DNA of 64,000 nucleotides from the human T2T-CHM13v2.0 reference genome, Homo sapiens: assembly GCF_009914755.1 (NCBI RefSeq), contig NC_060931.1; one strand, given 5' to 3'. The notes under the pieces were generated by a model that was not told the DNA's origin, did no database searches, and saw nothing but the letters and a program-made list of their open reading frames with translations. A program made the translations under genes and the position numbers. Position 1 is the first letter of the stretch. Each line of letters begins with the position of its first letter. Shown one piece after another: positions 47,678 to 62,779 of this stretch.

Positions 47678-50284
47678 GTAAGACCATACAGCCTAATGCC
47701 ACGTTTTCATGAATTGTTTCTGAGATCTGAGAATGGGAGCCTAGCCATCATAAATATTGGACTGCCCATCTCCTCTTTGGTTTATTTCTCTTCCTTCTGC
47801 TCCCAGTGAAGCTGAATTCTAGTGGTCAGGCCCATTGTATTCCTGCAATAGCTTTGTCTTCTGCTTTCTGGACCCTGGGTCTGGTATGAGAATAAAACGA
47901 ATCTCCTTGATTCATTGACATTGAACACCTGGCCAGAACTCCCAGGCTCTGTTCTGGAGGTGGTTTCTCTGCTAGTTCTGGCCACGGCTGACCTTGCTGA
48001 GTAGGACTCTGCTGGCTTCCACTGGGATGCCCTGCATTTGGGTAGGAGAGGAAAGTTTGGATATGTTAATCAGATTGACTTTTCTAAGCTTCTTCAGACA
48101 GAGGTTTGGTTCTGTGTTAGTTGATGTCTTGTGAAAAAATAGAATGTGACTAGAAAAATAGAATGTGACTATAGTTTTTTTTTTTAGAGTTTGAAATTTA
48201 AGCCCTTTTTAGAGTTAGAACTTTTTGTGGTCTTAAGAAATTCTTATTCTGTGATTAAAATAATACCTTTTAAAAAATATTTTAAGCTTTTGCTTTGACC
48301 AAAGAAGTAGGTTCAAGAAGTAGGGTTTTCTGAGATTGCCGCAAGAAGGCTGTGTAAGTCTGTAGATGCTAGGACTACCTTTTCTGGTGTGACACACGCT
48401 GTGGGCTCTGCCTAGGGCAGAATAAACCCCCGAACTGATGCCACTGCAGGCAGGCATGACTATAAGAAAAAGCCAGATGGAACGTGACATAGTTGGTGCA
48501 TTTCATTTAAATATTTGTAAAGTAAGAATATATTTAAATTTATAGATTTTGCAGCATTAAAAAAAACAACCTGGAGTGTTTAATTGCTGTAAATAACAAT
48601 ACCCCTACTCCAACCAAAATAATGAAGTTTAAAAGGAGGTCTAATATATTCTTGGGATAACTTAAGTATACTTACTCTAAATGGAAATATTTTATTGTTG
48701 CTTGTTTGATAATTTGCTTTCCTTTATACTTAAGAAAAACCTGGAGAGACTTCTCAGAGCTTTTACAGGCCCATAGTCGATCCCCGGTGGATTCATTTCA
48801 AGTAGCTGAATTCCAAATTAGATCAGCCTAAGTGGAAACGAGAATTTTCTGACACATGGACCCAGACCGTAGGAAGAACAGGGGTTCAGCTGACCTTGGA
48901 GACAGCTAGAACCAGGGCCTGGAACATCATCAGCATTTTAATTCATTTCTGATTTTCTCTTCTCTTTGCATATCTGCTGAATCTCTTAGGCAGCTTCTCT
49001 GCTCAGTAGGGAGGTTGGCTGCCAGCAGCTCCACACCCATTCCCTTGTAGTTTTATAACCATAGAGGAAAGGAGCTTCTTTCTCTCTCTCCTTGGACCAG
49101 AAAGAAAACCCTTTGGAGGGACATTCTGGTTGTCTTCACCTAAGTCACAGGATGCAGAGCCATCACTGGTCAGGAAGGTGGGGACAGACAGACAGCTTCT
49201 CTTCAGGATCTACTGGGGATGGATGGGAGCACAGTCAGATGCAGGCAGAAGAGAAATTATGGTGACCTGGGCAGCCATTGTAATTTTGTTTATATACACA
49301 CCCCTTTCTGTTTTACTGAAGCCCTGTACCCTAATATCCCTCTCCGTAGGAAGAAATTATTTTAAATTTCTCTGAGTAGAATACCCTCAGAATATTTTTA
49401 TCATCTTGGGATACGAGAGGCCTTTCCAAGCATGCACCAAATCCAGAATCCATAAAGGAACATACTGCCAAATCTGATTTACAAAAATGAAATATTCTGT
49501 ATAGAAAAAGACACCACACACAAATTGACAGAGTCGCAAAAAATATTTGTGAACTACAAACAGTATTAAAAACGGTTACATATCAAGAGTACAAACAAAT
49601 GCAGGATAAAAAGTAACACGCTACTAGAATAAATAAGCTGAGGACATGAAAGGAGAATCTCAAATGGCCAATAAACATAGTAACCTCGTTATTAATTAAA
49701 GAAATGCTGACTTAAGCTGAGAGCAGATAGGTAAAGATGAAAAGAAATGACACCAGGTAGTGATTGGCGAGCATGTGGAGGGCAGCAGGCAGTCTCATCC
49801 ACTAGGATTAGTGCAGCTATAAATTGCTGAAGATGTTCTTTCTGGAGGGGTAGTCGGGCAACATGTATCAAAATATGAGACATGTTGACTCTTGATCGAG
49901 CAGTTCCACTTTTAGTAATTTATCTTTAGGAACTAATTGGGCAAGTGTGCAAATATGCATGTACAAAGGAATTTATTGCAGCGTTGTTTGGCAGGGTAAG
50001 ATGGAAACAGATTAAATGTCTGTCAATATGCAATTTGCTAAATTATAGTCAATCAATACAGTGGCGATTTATGTGTTCCTATAAAAGGATCAAGGTGAAC
50101 TGTATTTGACTACGAAAGATATTTGTGATATAGTACATGAAAAAGATATACCACATACAAGCAATTCTACAAGTTCTACCATTTTTTTCTTTTTTTCTAT
50201 TTTTAAAATGTATTTTATTTTTTGCATAGATAATATATTCACTTGGTTCAAAAACCATAACATTACAAAAAATATATATGTTTA

Positions 50285-50624
<340 letters not shown>

Positions 50625-52518
50625 TTAAATGTGACATATTTTCCACTGCTGGCTTCCCTAAGTAACAGCTGCACTGTTGGTTCTGGTTTTTCATACACCT
50701 TTCTCGAATTTGTTGATGCAGGTATCTCCCCTCACTCCCATTCACATTTACTTTTAATTTTTTAATTTTTTGTTTTTTAAAAGACTTTTTATAGAGAAGT
50801 TTGAGGTTCACGGGAAAATTTAGAGGAAGGTAAGTACAGACATATCTATTATGTCCCCACCCACACACATGCATAGTCCTCCTTTTTTTTTTTTTTTACT
50901 CAAAGGTGTCATGGTAAATTCATTATTCTGCATCTTGCTTTTTTTTCACTTACCAACATACCTTGCAGATCTTTCCATATCATTAAAGCGTATGTATTCT
51001 TGCTTCTAGGTTCGTACTATGTAGATTGTATAGTTTAGCACAGTTTATTTAAACAGCCCCCTGTTGATGGATATTTGGCTTGTTTCTAATGCGAAAACAA
51101 ATAAAGCTTGTATCTGTGTTGTTTTGCAGGTGGTTGTTGTACTGGTATCCGTAGAATACATTTCTTAAAGTGGGTCAAAGAGTACATGTGTTTATAATTT
51201 TGGTGGGTCTTGCCAGCTTACCCTCTGCAGGAGTCGACCAATTTATCTTCCTGCCAGTTGGGTATCTAATGGTAAATGCCATTGCTTTTGAAGCTAAATT
51301 GGTATCAATTCAAACTAGATTGTTATAAATTTAGGATGCTAACTGTAATCCCCATGGTAACCACTAAAAAATTTACAGAAAGGGAAATGAAGAGGGAATC
51401 AAAATGGTACACTAAAAAAAAAAAAATCAATCACACATACAAAAAAGGATTTTTGATGCACAGGATTCCTAATTTTAATATAGTAAATTTTACAGTTTTT
51501 TTTAGAGTATGAAATTTAAGCCCTTTTTAGAGTTAGAACTTTTTGTGGTCTTAAGAAATTCTTTCTTATTCTGTGATTAAAATAATACCTTTTTAAAAAA
51601 TATTTTAAGCTTTTGCTTTGACATTTAGATCTAAAACCCATCTTGAGTTGATTTTTGAGGATGGTGTTAGGAGGAAATCCAGCTTCAGCTTTCCTTATAG
51701 ATTGCTGTGGTTTTTCAGCTTCATTCATGCACTGATCTTTTCTTTTCTCTCTGCCTCCATATGTGTATAGGTCTATTTTAGGCTTTCTATTCTCTGTCAT
51801 TAATTTGTGTATTTCTTTTCCCAATACCATTCTCTTAATCATAATCATGTCATAATAACATGAATTACAAATATTTCTCAAATTCTGTATGTTCTCTTTC
51901 ACTCTCTTAATAGTGTCCTTTGACGCATAAAACTTTTCCATTTTAATTTTGATGAAGTCCAGTTTATCTGTTTTTTACTTTTGTTGCTTGTGCTTTTGGT
52001 GTCATATTTAAGAAACTATTGCCAAATCCCTGGTCAGGAAGATTCATCTCTATGTTGTCTTCTGTAAGTTTTATAGTTTTAGCTCTTGCTCCTTGATCTA
52101 TTTTGAGTTAATTGTTTTATATGGTGTGAGGTAAGGATCCACCTTAATTCTTGTATACGTGGATATCCAGTTGTCTCACTTAACAGTGTTTGAGAGACTG
52201 TTGTTTTCCTATTGAATTGTCTTGGAACCCTTTTTGAAAATCAGTTTACTATATTTTTTGGGGTTATTTCTGGACTCTCGGCTGTATGTCCATCTTGATA
52301 CAGACTCTTGATCTGTATGTCTGTCCCTGTGCCAGTACCACACCATTTTGATTGCTGTAGCTTTGGTTTTATAGTAAGTTTTGAAATCAAGATATATGAG
52401 TCTTCTTTGTTTTAATTTTTCAAAATCCTTTTGCCTATTTGGGATTTCTTACAATTCCAACTGAATGTAAGTATCAGCCTTCCTATTTCTCTAAAACAGG
52501 CCACTGGGATTCTGATAG

Positions 52519-52615
52519 TTTTTTTATTTTATTTTATTTTATTTTATTTTAGTCTAGTCAAGTGAACCAGTGGGAGTGGAGAAGGAACAAAATAATCTGT
52601 AATGGTTGTAATCAA
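52519..52615 (-). pseudogene. 5'-truncated Y3 RNA (RNY3) retropseudogene with A-rich tail
   Basis: Reverse complement of 52551-52615 (TTGATTACAACCATTACAGATTATTTTGTTCCTTCTCCACTCCCACTGGTTCACTTGACTAGACT) matches the 3' two-thirds of hY3 as I recall it; (AAAAT)n tail at 52519-52550. Confidence 0.88.
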
Positions 52616-53255
52616 GGAATTTTTTTTTTGATGTACCATTTTGATTCCCTTCTCATTCCCTTTGGATTATATTTTTAAATGTTTTCTTAGTGATTATAAT
52701 GATTACAATTAACATCCCAAATTGATAACACTTTTGAATTGATATCAGCTTAGCTTCAACAGCACACAAACTCTGCTCCTGTACAGCTCAGTCCCATCCC
52801 TTTATGTTGTTGTCACAAATTACATCTTTATACATTTTGTGCCTATTAACACAGAGTTATAATTTTTTTAATGCATTCGTATTTTAAATTGTGTAGGAAA
52901 TAAAAAGAGGCGTTAGACACCAATAATACAGTAATAACGGCTTTCGTATTTACCTACATAGTTACCTTTACTGGAGATCTTTATTTCTTCAGATGGCTTT
53001 GAGTTACTGTTTAGTGTCCTTTTATTTCAGCCTGGAGGACTCCCATTAGCTTTTGTTGTAGGGCAGGTATACTGGCAGCAAACTCCCTAAACATTTGTTT
53101 ATCTCAGAATGTCTTAATTTCTACTTCATTTTTAAAAGATAGTTTGGCCAGATATAGAATTCACAGGTATTTGCTTTCAGCACTTTCTCTGTGTCATCCC
53201 ACTGCCTTCTAGCCTCCACGGATTCTTTTGAGTAATTGGTTGTTAATCTTATTGA

Positions 53256-53659
<404 letters not shown>

Positions 53660-54066
53660 AAGTTTATCTTACTTGGAGTTTTTTGAGTGTGTAGATTCAT
53701 GCCCTCTGTTTCCTTTTCTTTCTCACCTCCTTCTGGGACTCCAATTGATAATATGTCTCTTGGTTTATTTGACAGTGTCCCACAAGTTCCTTGGGCTCTG
53801 TTCCTTTTTCTTCATCCTTTTTCCTTTCTGCTTTTCAGACTAGATAATTTCATTTGATCCATCTTTAAATTCACTGATTCTGTCTGCCCAAATTTGTTGT
53901 TGGAACACTTAACTGTGCTTTTCAGGTCAAGCTTCTTCTAGAATTTCTAGAGAAATTCTTCTCTATTTGGGAGAAACTCATTCTCCTGGTTTCCTTTGGT
54001 TCTTTGTCCATCATTTCCTTTAGCTCTCTGAACATATTCATGACAGTTGATGTAAAGTCTTTTCTA

Positions 54067-54692
<626 letters not shown>

Positions 54693-56196
54693 TTAGTCCA
54701 ATGTCTGTTTTCTCAGTGACAGTTTCCGTTTGTTCATTTTTACCTGTGAATGGGCCAATTTTTGTTTCTTTGCATGTTTCATAATTTCTTTGTTGGAAAC
54801 TGGACGTTTTGAATAATGTGATGTGCAAAAGAGAAGTAGAAGAAAGAAAACAAAAAATATTGTCTAGGTCTTTGCAGATTGACTCTGCTGGGGCACTCCT
54901 TCAACACCTAGCCAGGCCGTTTATAACCCTGACTTAGCCTTCACTTCCTTCTTGTGTTGGGCCTGAAGACCAGCTCCAGCTGAAAGCCTGTGTTCTTCCT
55001 CAGCCTTTCTGAGTACGCATCCTGCCCTGAGCATACACGTGGCTGTCTAGGTTCCCATCTACATGGGAGCTTTCCAAAGCCCCCTTTCTCCTCCAAAATC
55101 TCACTCCCCGGCTTTTCTGCCAAAACTTTCAGCATGTGCACTGTTGGCCTCAACTGTTGTTTTTGCCCTAGGTGGCAGTAGCTTGTTCTCATTTGCCTTT
55201 CGTTGTTTTCGAGGAATATGTGACCACTCCATCCTGATAGAATTGTGAGTTACGTGAAACAAAGAGAAGCCACTTGTGGCAGTTCCTCAGGACAACCCCA
55301 GTTAGGTCAAGTTAAACATAGTTCCTTGGGAATAAGGTCCACTGTGCTCCCCGTGGACCCTGGTACCCACCTGGGAACACAGGTCATCTTTAAGACTGTA
55401 GCTGCACTGGGGAGGGAGATTGGAGAAGCAGGGTAAGTTAAAGCTACAAAGATATTCTACCCTGTCTCAGTGGACTTTCTCCTGGCTCACTTTGGTTGCT
55501 GTAAACCTTTGACCATCTTCTAGAGTTTTTATAAGGTTGACACTGGCAGTTTAAAAAAAAGTCTTTTAGTGTTTCTTGGAAGGGACGGCTGCCAGAGGAG
55601 ACGTCTCTGCTCCACCATTTCCACTGCTGTCACCGTTTCCACTGCTGTCAGTTAATTCGATAGAGGTGCAGTTAAATGGTGCCGGAACAACTGGATATTC
55701 ATTGGCAAACAAATGAACTTTGATCCATACCTTGCACCATATGTAAAAACTAACTCAGAATGCATCATAAACCTAAATTTAGAACCTAAAATTATAAAAC
55801 TTGTAGAATAAACTCTTTATAATCTTTAGTTAGACAAAGATTTATTAGATAGGACACTAAAAGCATCATTCACAAAAGGAAATATTTATAAATTGGACCT
55901 TTTCAAAATTAAAAGCTTTTTGGAAATTAAAATTAAAATTTAAAGTGTTTTGGAGAACAGTGTTAAGAGAATGAAAAGTCTAGCCGTGGACTGGGAGAAA
56001 ACATTTGCAGATTACATATTTGTTAAAGGACTTGGTTTCAGAAGATAGAAAGAACTTTCAAAACTCAATAATAAGAAACAGCCCAATAAAAATGAGGCAA
56101 AGATTTGCATAGATATGTCACCTCAGAAGATATACAGATGGCAGGTAGGCAAGTGAAAAGGGACTTGATATCATTAGGCATTAAGAAAATAAAAAT

Positions 56197-56472
<276 letters not shown>

Positions 56473-57518
56473 CTAAAATAAGATTGCATACCCTTTAGAA
56501 TGGCTAAGATGAATAAGACTGACTACACCAAGTGATGGCAAAGAGACGGAGCAACTGGAACCCTTGTGTGCTACTCATGTTTTAGGAAGCAGTTGGCAGC
56601 TTCTTGAAAAGTTAGAGACACCTCCCATATGATCTCCTTCATATTTATTCAAGAGAGATGAAAGCACTTGTCCCTAGAAAGATTTGCATGCATGTATTTA
56701 TAGCATCTTGATTTGTGATAGCCTCAACCTGTAAATGACATGAATGTCTGTCCACTTGTGAATAAGCAAGCAAGCTGTGGTATATTCATTCAGTGGAAAA
56801 CTCTTCTGTGACAAAAGTAAGAATAAACTCTAGATACACTCCAGATCTTGATTGAATTTTAAAATAATTTATGTAAGCCATACCATCGAAAAAAGAGTAC
56901 ATACCATATGATTCTGGTTGCATAACATTTTAGAAAATGCAAATTATAGTGCAGACAGCACGTGAATGGTTGTGTAGAGATGGGGGCAGGTGGAAGGGAT
57001 TACTGAGGGTATCAGAAGACTTGGGGGTAATGGAGATGTTCCGTATTTTATTTAGGTAATGGTTTCACAGGTGCTTACAAATATTAAAGTGTATCAAAGT
57101 GTATATTTTAAATATGTGGACTTTATTGTATATTGATTATACTTCAGTAAAACTTTTTAAAAATTAAGGAGAGTAGTTTAAGAGTGCTAATCATATGTCT
57201 AGGTGAGCTGTTCAAGAGAGATGAAAATGAAGACTAAGTAAAGGCCATTGGCCTGGTGATTGGTGGTTACATGAGAGTAGCTGGATCGGAAAAAAAACAA
57301 TGCGCAAGGTATTAAAGAATTGGTAGGAAACTCATTAAAAAATATTGTCAGTTTTAAAGCCTAAAACTGTTTTGGCATGATTCGTTTAAAAGAGGTGTTT
57401 TATGTATTTATTCCTACCTTTATTTGCACAAGCCTTTATGTTAGTGTTCATACTTTATAGGTTATATATTTAATATTTAGATACTTATATTTCATTTTTA
57501 ATGTTTTTTTCTCTACAG

Positions 57519-57592
57519 AGGGATTGAAGTCTCAAGTTGCCCGCCACAGTCTAAACTACATACAGGAAATTGGAAATGGCTGGTTTGGAAAG
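57519..57592 (+). CDS. LMTK2: LMTK2 exon 4 ([25 protein letters not shown]; kinase start, Gly-rich loop)
   Basis: Acceptor ttttctctacAG, donor AAG|GTAAGA; 74 nt; GxGxFG motif. Confidence 0.97.
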
Positions 57593-57799
57593 GTAAGATG
57601 CTCTTCACTTGCATTTGTTTTCCTCTGAATGATACTGTGTTCAGTGCAGGGCTGATGAAGAATTGTGTTGTGTGGAGTTCCACGTGCCCTGTGGGCCCTG
57701 CGTTACTAATTGAGTTTCCCCATTCCCCCTGTGGCAGCGTGGGGGCGTGAGCTTCAGCCTTGCTGTGTGTCGAGCCTTTTCCAGAAAGGATGTCTTACG

Positions 57800-58109
57800 G
57801 CATACAGGCTGTTATAACAAAATATCATAAACTGGGTGGCTTATAAACAACAGAAATTTATTTCTCACAATCCTGGAGGCTGGGAAGTCCAAGATCAAGG
57901 TGCTGGCTGAATCCGGATCAGGTGAAGGTGGCACTTTCCTGCTGCGTCCTCCCGTGGTTGAAGGAGCAGGGCAGCTCTCTGGAACCTCTTTTGGAGGGAT
58001 GCAAATCCCTTTCCCTCCCAGAGGCCTTCCTCCTCTCCATCGCATTGGTCATTAGGTTTCAGTTTACGGATTTGGGCAGGACAAAGGACACAGACATTTC
58101 GATCATAAC
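57800..58109 (-). mobile_element. MLT1A-type LTR
   Basis: aactgggtggcttataaacaacagaaatttatttctcac...ggaagtccaagatcaagg. Confidence 0.8.
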
Positions 58110-58589
58110 AAAGGCCTTTAAAAAAAAAGTATCTGAGACTTTTCTAATTGTTGACATAAGAAAGTAAGAAGGGAAAAGAGACCTGGAATCTTAGCAGCTT
58201 CAGCTTTGTATCCTTCTCAGGTTAGATTGTTTTTTTAATCCCTTCCCCTTATAGCACTTAAGCCACTTTAGAACTGTAAATACAGTCTTACAATGAAGAC
58301 CACCATGAACAACTAGTCTTCTCTCATAGCCCGTCAAGTGGCCTGTAGTAACAATGCTTTGTTGATTTTTTTATCGTAGATGGCTCAGAAGGAGTAATCT
58401 CCTACAGCCATTTCCACAGTACTGCAGTCGTGCTCTGCAAGAGGTTCCTAATGGAGTAGGGATTACATCGTAAGCAGGATGCTTACAACAGGAGGATGCA
58501 CTTCCCAGTAGTCAGCCATCTGCTGCTGCTTCTCCTTCCCTTCAGCGTTGTCTGTATCTTTCATGTCCTCCCAACTGTTTGAGTTCTCT

Positions 58590-59720
58590 TCTGCACCATT
58601 CAGCAAAACCTGTTACGTAGCAGCCATTGTTCTTGGTGCTAGGGGCACGATGTGGAGGAAGATGGGTCAAACCTTGACCTGTGTGGAGTCCTGTATGAGA
58701 GATCAAACAAAACCCTGTCTTCACAAGGCTTAGATATCTAGTTGGGAGGGTCACACAGCAAACAGTCAATTGTGGGAGGTGGGCTCAGAGAGGTAGAGGG
58801 CAGGCAGGTGATCTGGGATATTGTGTGCCTAGAGACTGCCTTGCTCGGAATGAAACGGGGAAATACTCTGGTGCTTGAGAGATCATGATGTAATTGAGTT
58901 ACCTTTTTAAAAGGATCACTCTGGAAGTCATAGAGGGGGAAGGTGAAAGCAGGGAGGAGATGGGCTAGAAGGCTCCTGCAGGCCCAGGCAGCTTGAACCT
59001 GGATGCTAGCGGTGGAGGTGGCAAGAAGTGGTAGGACCCAAGACAGATGTTCAGACGAGAGCATGCGGGTGTAGACTTAGAGGGGATAAGACATGGACTG
59101 TGGAGGAAGAGGCAGTCAGATTGACTGCTGAGGGCCTGATGAACTGGAAGAATGGAGTTGCTGTCAACTGAAATGCAACAGACACTGCAGGAGAGGCAGG
59201 AGGAAGTCGGGAGTTCATCTTTGCTATGTCAGGTGTGAGTTGGCCGTTAGACAACTCAGTGGGGGCACCAAGTAGCTGAACTGGAAATGCAGAGCAAGAG
59301 TGAAGGAGAGAGGGTCCCGGCTGGACATGTAAATCCGAGTGATCTCGTTTTATAGAGTGTATTCAAAGCTAGGAGACTAGGTGAAGTCATGGAGAATTTC
59401 AAAGTGGAAACCAGGGGGAGGCTCTGCAGCAGGGAGAGGCCAGTGCAGTCAGGGAGAAGCAGTGAGGAGGGAGAAGCCCAGGAGACAGGAGTCTTCTGAA
59501 AGTTCCAAGAAGATTAATTGCAGTAATGCTGCAGCTTACAAATGGAGTAAGATGAAGCCTGGGAGAATGAGGATTCAGCAGCATAAGTTCCTTGGCGTCC
59601 TTGAAAGAAGTTGTTCAGGGGGAAATGGTGATGGTACATCCTTGCGTGGAATGGATTCAAGAGAGAAAGAGGAGACGGTGCATTTAGACAACCCTCTTGA
59701 AGAGTTTTACTCCTCAAGGA
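58590..59720 (-). mobile_element. L2 LINE fragment (other L2-like pieces at ~11960-12700, ~31500-31670, ~35980-36420)
   Basis: Purine-rich L2 motifs (ttttaaaaggatcactctgg, aactggaagaatggagttgc; gtttgttgaatgaatgaatg at ~31650). Confidence 0.65.
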
Positions 59721-59726
59721 GCAATA

Positions 59727-60011
59727 GGCTGGACGCGGTAGCTCACGCCTGTAATTCCAGTGCTTTGGGAGGCCCAGGTGGGAAGGATCACTTGAGGCGA
59801 GGAGTTTGAGACCAGCCTGGGCAACATAGCACAACCCCATCTCTAAAAAAAAATTCGCTGAGTGGGATGGCACACGCCTGTGGTCCCAGCTACACGGAAG
59901 GCTGAGGCAGGAGGATCACCTGGGCCCAGGAGTTCGAGGCTGCAGTGAGCCATATTTGCACCACTGTGCTCCATACAGGGTGACAGAGCAAGACTGTCTC
60001 AAAAAAAAAAA
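59727..60011 (+). mobile_element. AluJ
   Basis: Alu consensus. Confidence 0.88.
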
Positions 60012-60894
60012 GAGAGGGTGATTTAGTTAATTATCAGAATTTCTTGTTCTCCATTTTTCTGTCCTTATATTTCTAATAAACACATTGAGTTCTGTTCTGG
60101 TTCTTACTGTATTTTCAGGACATTAAAATTAATCTATTTTAAAAGGAACTATTTTAAAAGAAGTATTTTTATTTTGATCATTCTCTTTTTTTAAAAATCA
60201 TTCTCTAGAGTTCAATAAAAACCCTTATTCGCATTTTCATCTTGCACTTTGGAATACCTTGGCATTGTCCTGTTTTATATTTAGCATTTCCCTTGTAGCT
60301 AGTTCTCATGTGAGGCAGCAGATTCTCATTTCGTGTTCTGCTGATTTCAGTGGGGTGTTTTGAATGGAGATTTGGTAGGAGATCAAGGCCGGGTATCATT
60401 GGATGGAGTGCGATGGGTGTTTAAGTTTCAGGGCAATGATTGATTGTAATTAGCTTTCGTCAGTTTACTTTCTCATATGTATAGCAGACTAAATAACAAA
60501 ACTTAGTGGAAGTGTTTTTGAGGAACATTTGAGTTATGTTGGAACTGAACTTATAAATTGCACTTCTGTAAAGTCATAGTGAATTTCCTTGAAGTAGAAT
60601 ACATTTTTAAATAAATCGACACAAATAAGTATAAATACATTTTAAAATAAATAGAAAAGAAATATGCATAAATATGTGAATATTGTAACTATCTGGTGAA
60701 TGGTTTAAAATGGTCCTTTTACTGAAGAAAAATATTTGAGTTTTCCAAGCTTTTGGTGAGGTGGTAAGTAAAAGAATAGAAGGTCACCTGCTTATTGCTT
60801 AACTTGTTCACCTGTGTTCCATTTCCCGGTAAATGCAGCAGACTCCTTTATCATTTTGATGGAAATGACACAAAAAACTGTTCTTCGATTTTAG

Positions 60895-61013
60895 GTTCTC
60901 TTGGGAGAGATTTACACGGGCACTAGCGTAGCAAGAGTCATCGTGAAGGAGTTAAAAGCAAGTGCCAACCCAAAGGAACAAGATACTTTTTTGAAAAATG
61001 GAGAACCTTACTA
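60895..61013 (+). CDS. LMTK2: LMTK2 exon 5 ([39 protein letters not shown]; beta3 Lys168 and alphaC); CDS continues outside window
   Basis: Acceptor ttcttcgattttAG, donor CTA|GTAAGT; 119 nt; VIVK motif with Lys codon at 60946-60948. Confidence 0.96.
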
Positions 61014-62414
61014 GTAAGTAAACCTTGTCATGTGTTCTGTAAGACTAGTCTGTGGTCTGTTGAAGGTCAGGTGTTTAAAACTACTGTGGGATTTCTGCCT
61101 GTAACATACATGATTAAGTAAGTTCCAAGGTCTCATAAGACCTAAAATGTCCAGGCGTCATCTGAAAATCACTTAGCATTCCAAGAACCAGGAGAACTCA
61201 GCCTAAACCAGAAAAGACAACAGATTCCAACACAGATGACAGAGATGTTAGAATTACCTGACAAGAATTTTAAAGCACTCATCATAAAAATGCTTTGTGA
61301 GCAATTGCATCACGTTTAAAACAAAAAAAATAGTCTCAGCAGAGAAATAGAAGACATAAAGAAGACATAAATGGAAACCTCAGGACTAAGAAATACAGGA
61401 ACTCATCATTTCAGTTACAGCCTCAGGGGCATGGGGAAATATAACAAAAGATCCAGCATTATTCATGTCATAGATGTCTCAGAAGGAACGGAGATAGAGG
61501 ATGGGGCTGAAAAAGGATTCAAAGCAGTAGTTAGGCTAAAATTTTCTACATTTGGAAAAGAAAAAGCCTACAAATTTAAGAAATTGAGAAAATGCTAAAC
61601 AGGATCAACCCAAGGAAATCCATGCCAAGACACATGGTCAAACTTCTGAAAATGAAAGACAAAAAATCCTAAAAGCAGGGAGACAGAAACAGCACTTTAC
61701 CTATAGCGGGAAGCAATGTGGAGGACAGCCGATTTCTCATCAGAAACCTGGAGGCCAGAAGGAATCAGCACGTTTGTCACTTTTCTAAAGAAAAGAACTC
61801 TGAAATTCTTTCTCCAGAGAAAATATCCTTCAGGAATGAAGGGGAATATCAAGACATTCTCAGATGACAGAAAACTAAGAGAATTTATTACCAGCAAACC
61901 TGCCTTAGAAGAATGAGTTTTCTAAACAGAAAAGAAATGATAAAAGGAGGCGTCTTGGAACATCAGAAAAGAACAAAAATATGGCTGAACTTCCTTAAAA
62001 AGGCTGATTGTATCATCAAAATTAAAAACATTTGCGTTGTGATAGACCTTGGTAACAGTGAAAAGACGAGCCACAGACTGGGAGAAAATAGCTGGAAACC
62101 ACGTAGCTGACATAGGACTCATATCTAGAATTTATAAGAAACTCTCAAAACTCAACAGAAAAAAAAAACCTAATTCAAAAATTGTCAGAAGACATTAAGA
62201 GACATTTCACCGAAGAGGAGATAACATGGATAGCAAATAAGCACATGAAAAGACGTTCAGTGTCATGAGCTACTAAAGTAATGAATTAAGATCCCTTCAT
62301 ACCTATTAGAAAAGCTGTAATGGCTGGACGCAGTGGCTCACGCCTGTAATCCCAGTACTTGGAAGGCTGAGGCGGGTGGATCACAAGGTCAGGAGATTGA
62401 GACCATCCTGGCTA

Positions 62415-62759
<345 letters not shown>

Positions 62760-62779
62760 TTAAGTTATATATTAGCATT

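Noticed and set aside
57511-57521. CAGAG at the exon 4 acceptor as a NAGNAG
   Set aside because: AGs are 2 nt apart, not 3; use of the second would frameshift
61371-62110. L1 ORF1-like peptides as a possibly active LINE
   Set aside because: Fragmented by stops and frameshifts, most of ORF2 missing, interrupted by younger elements
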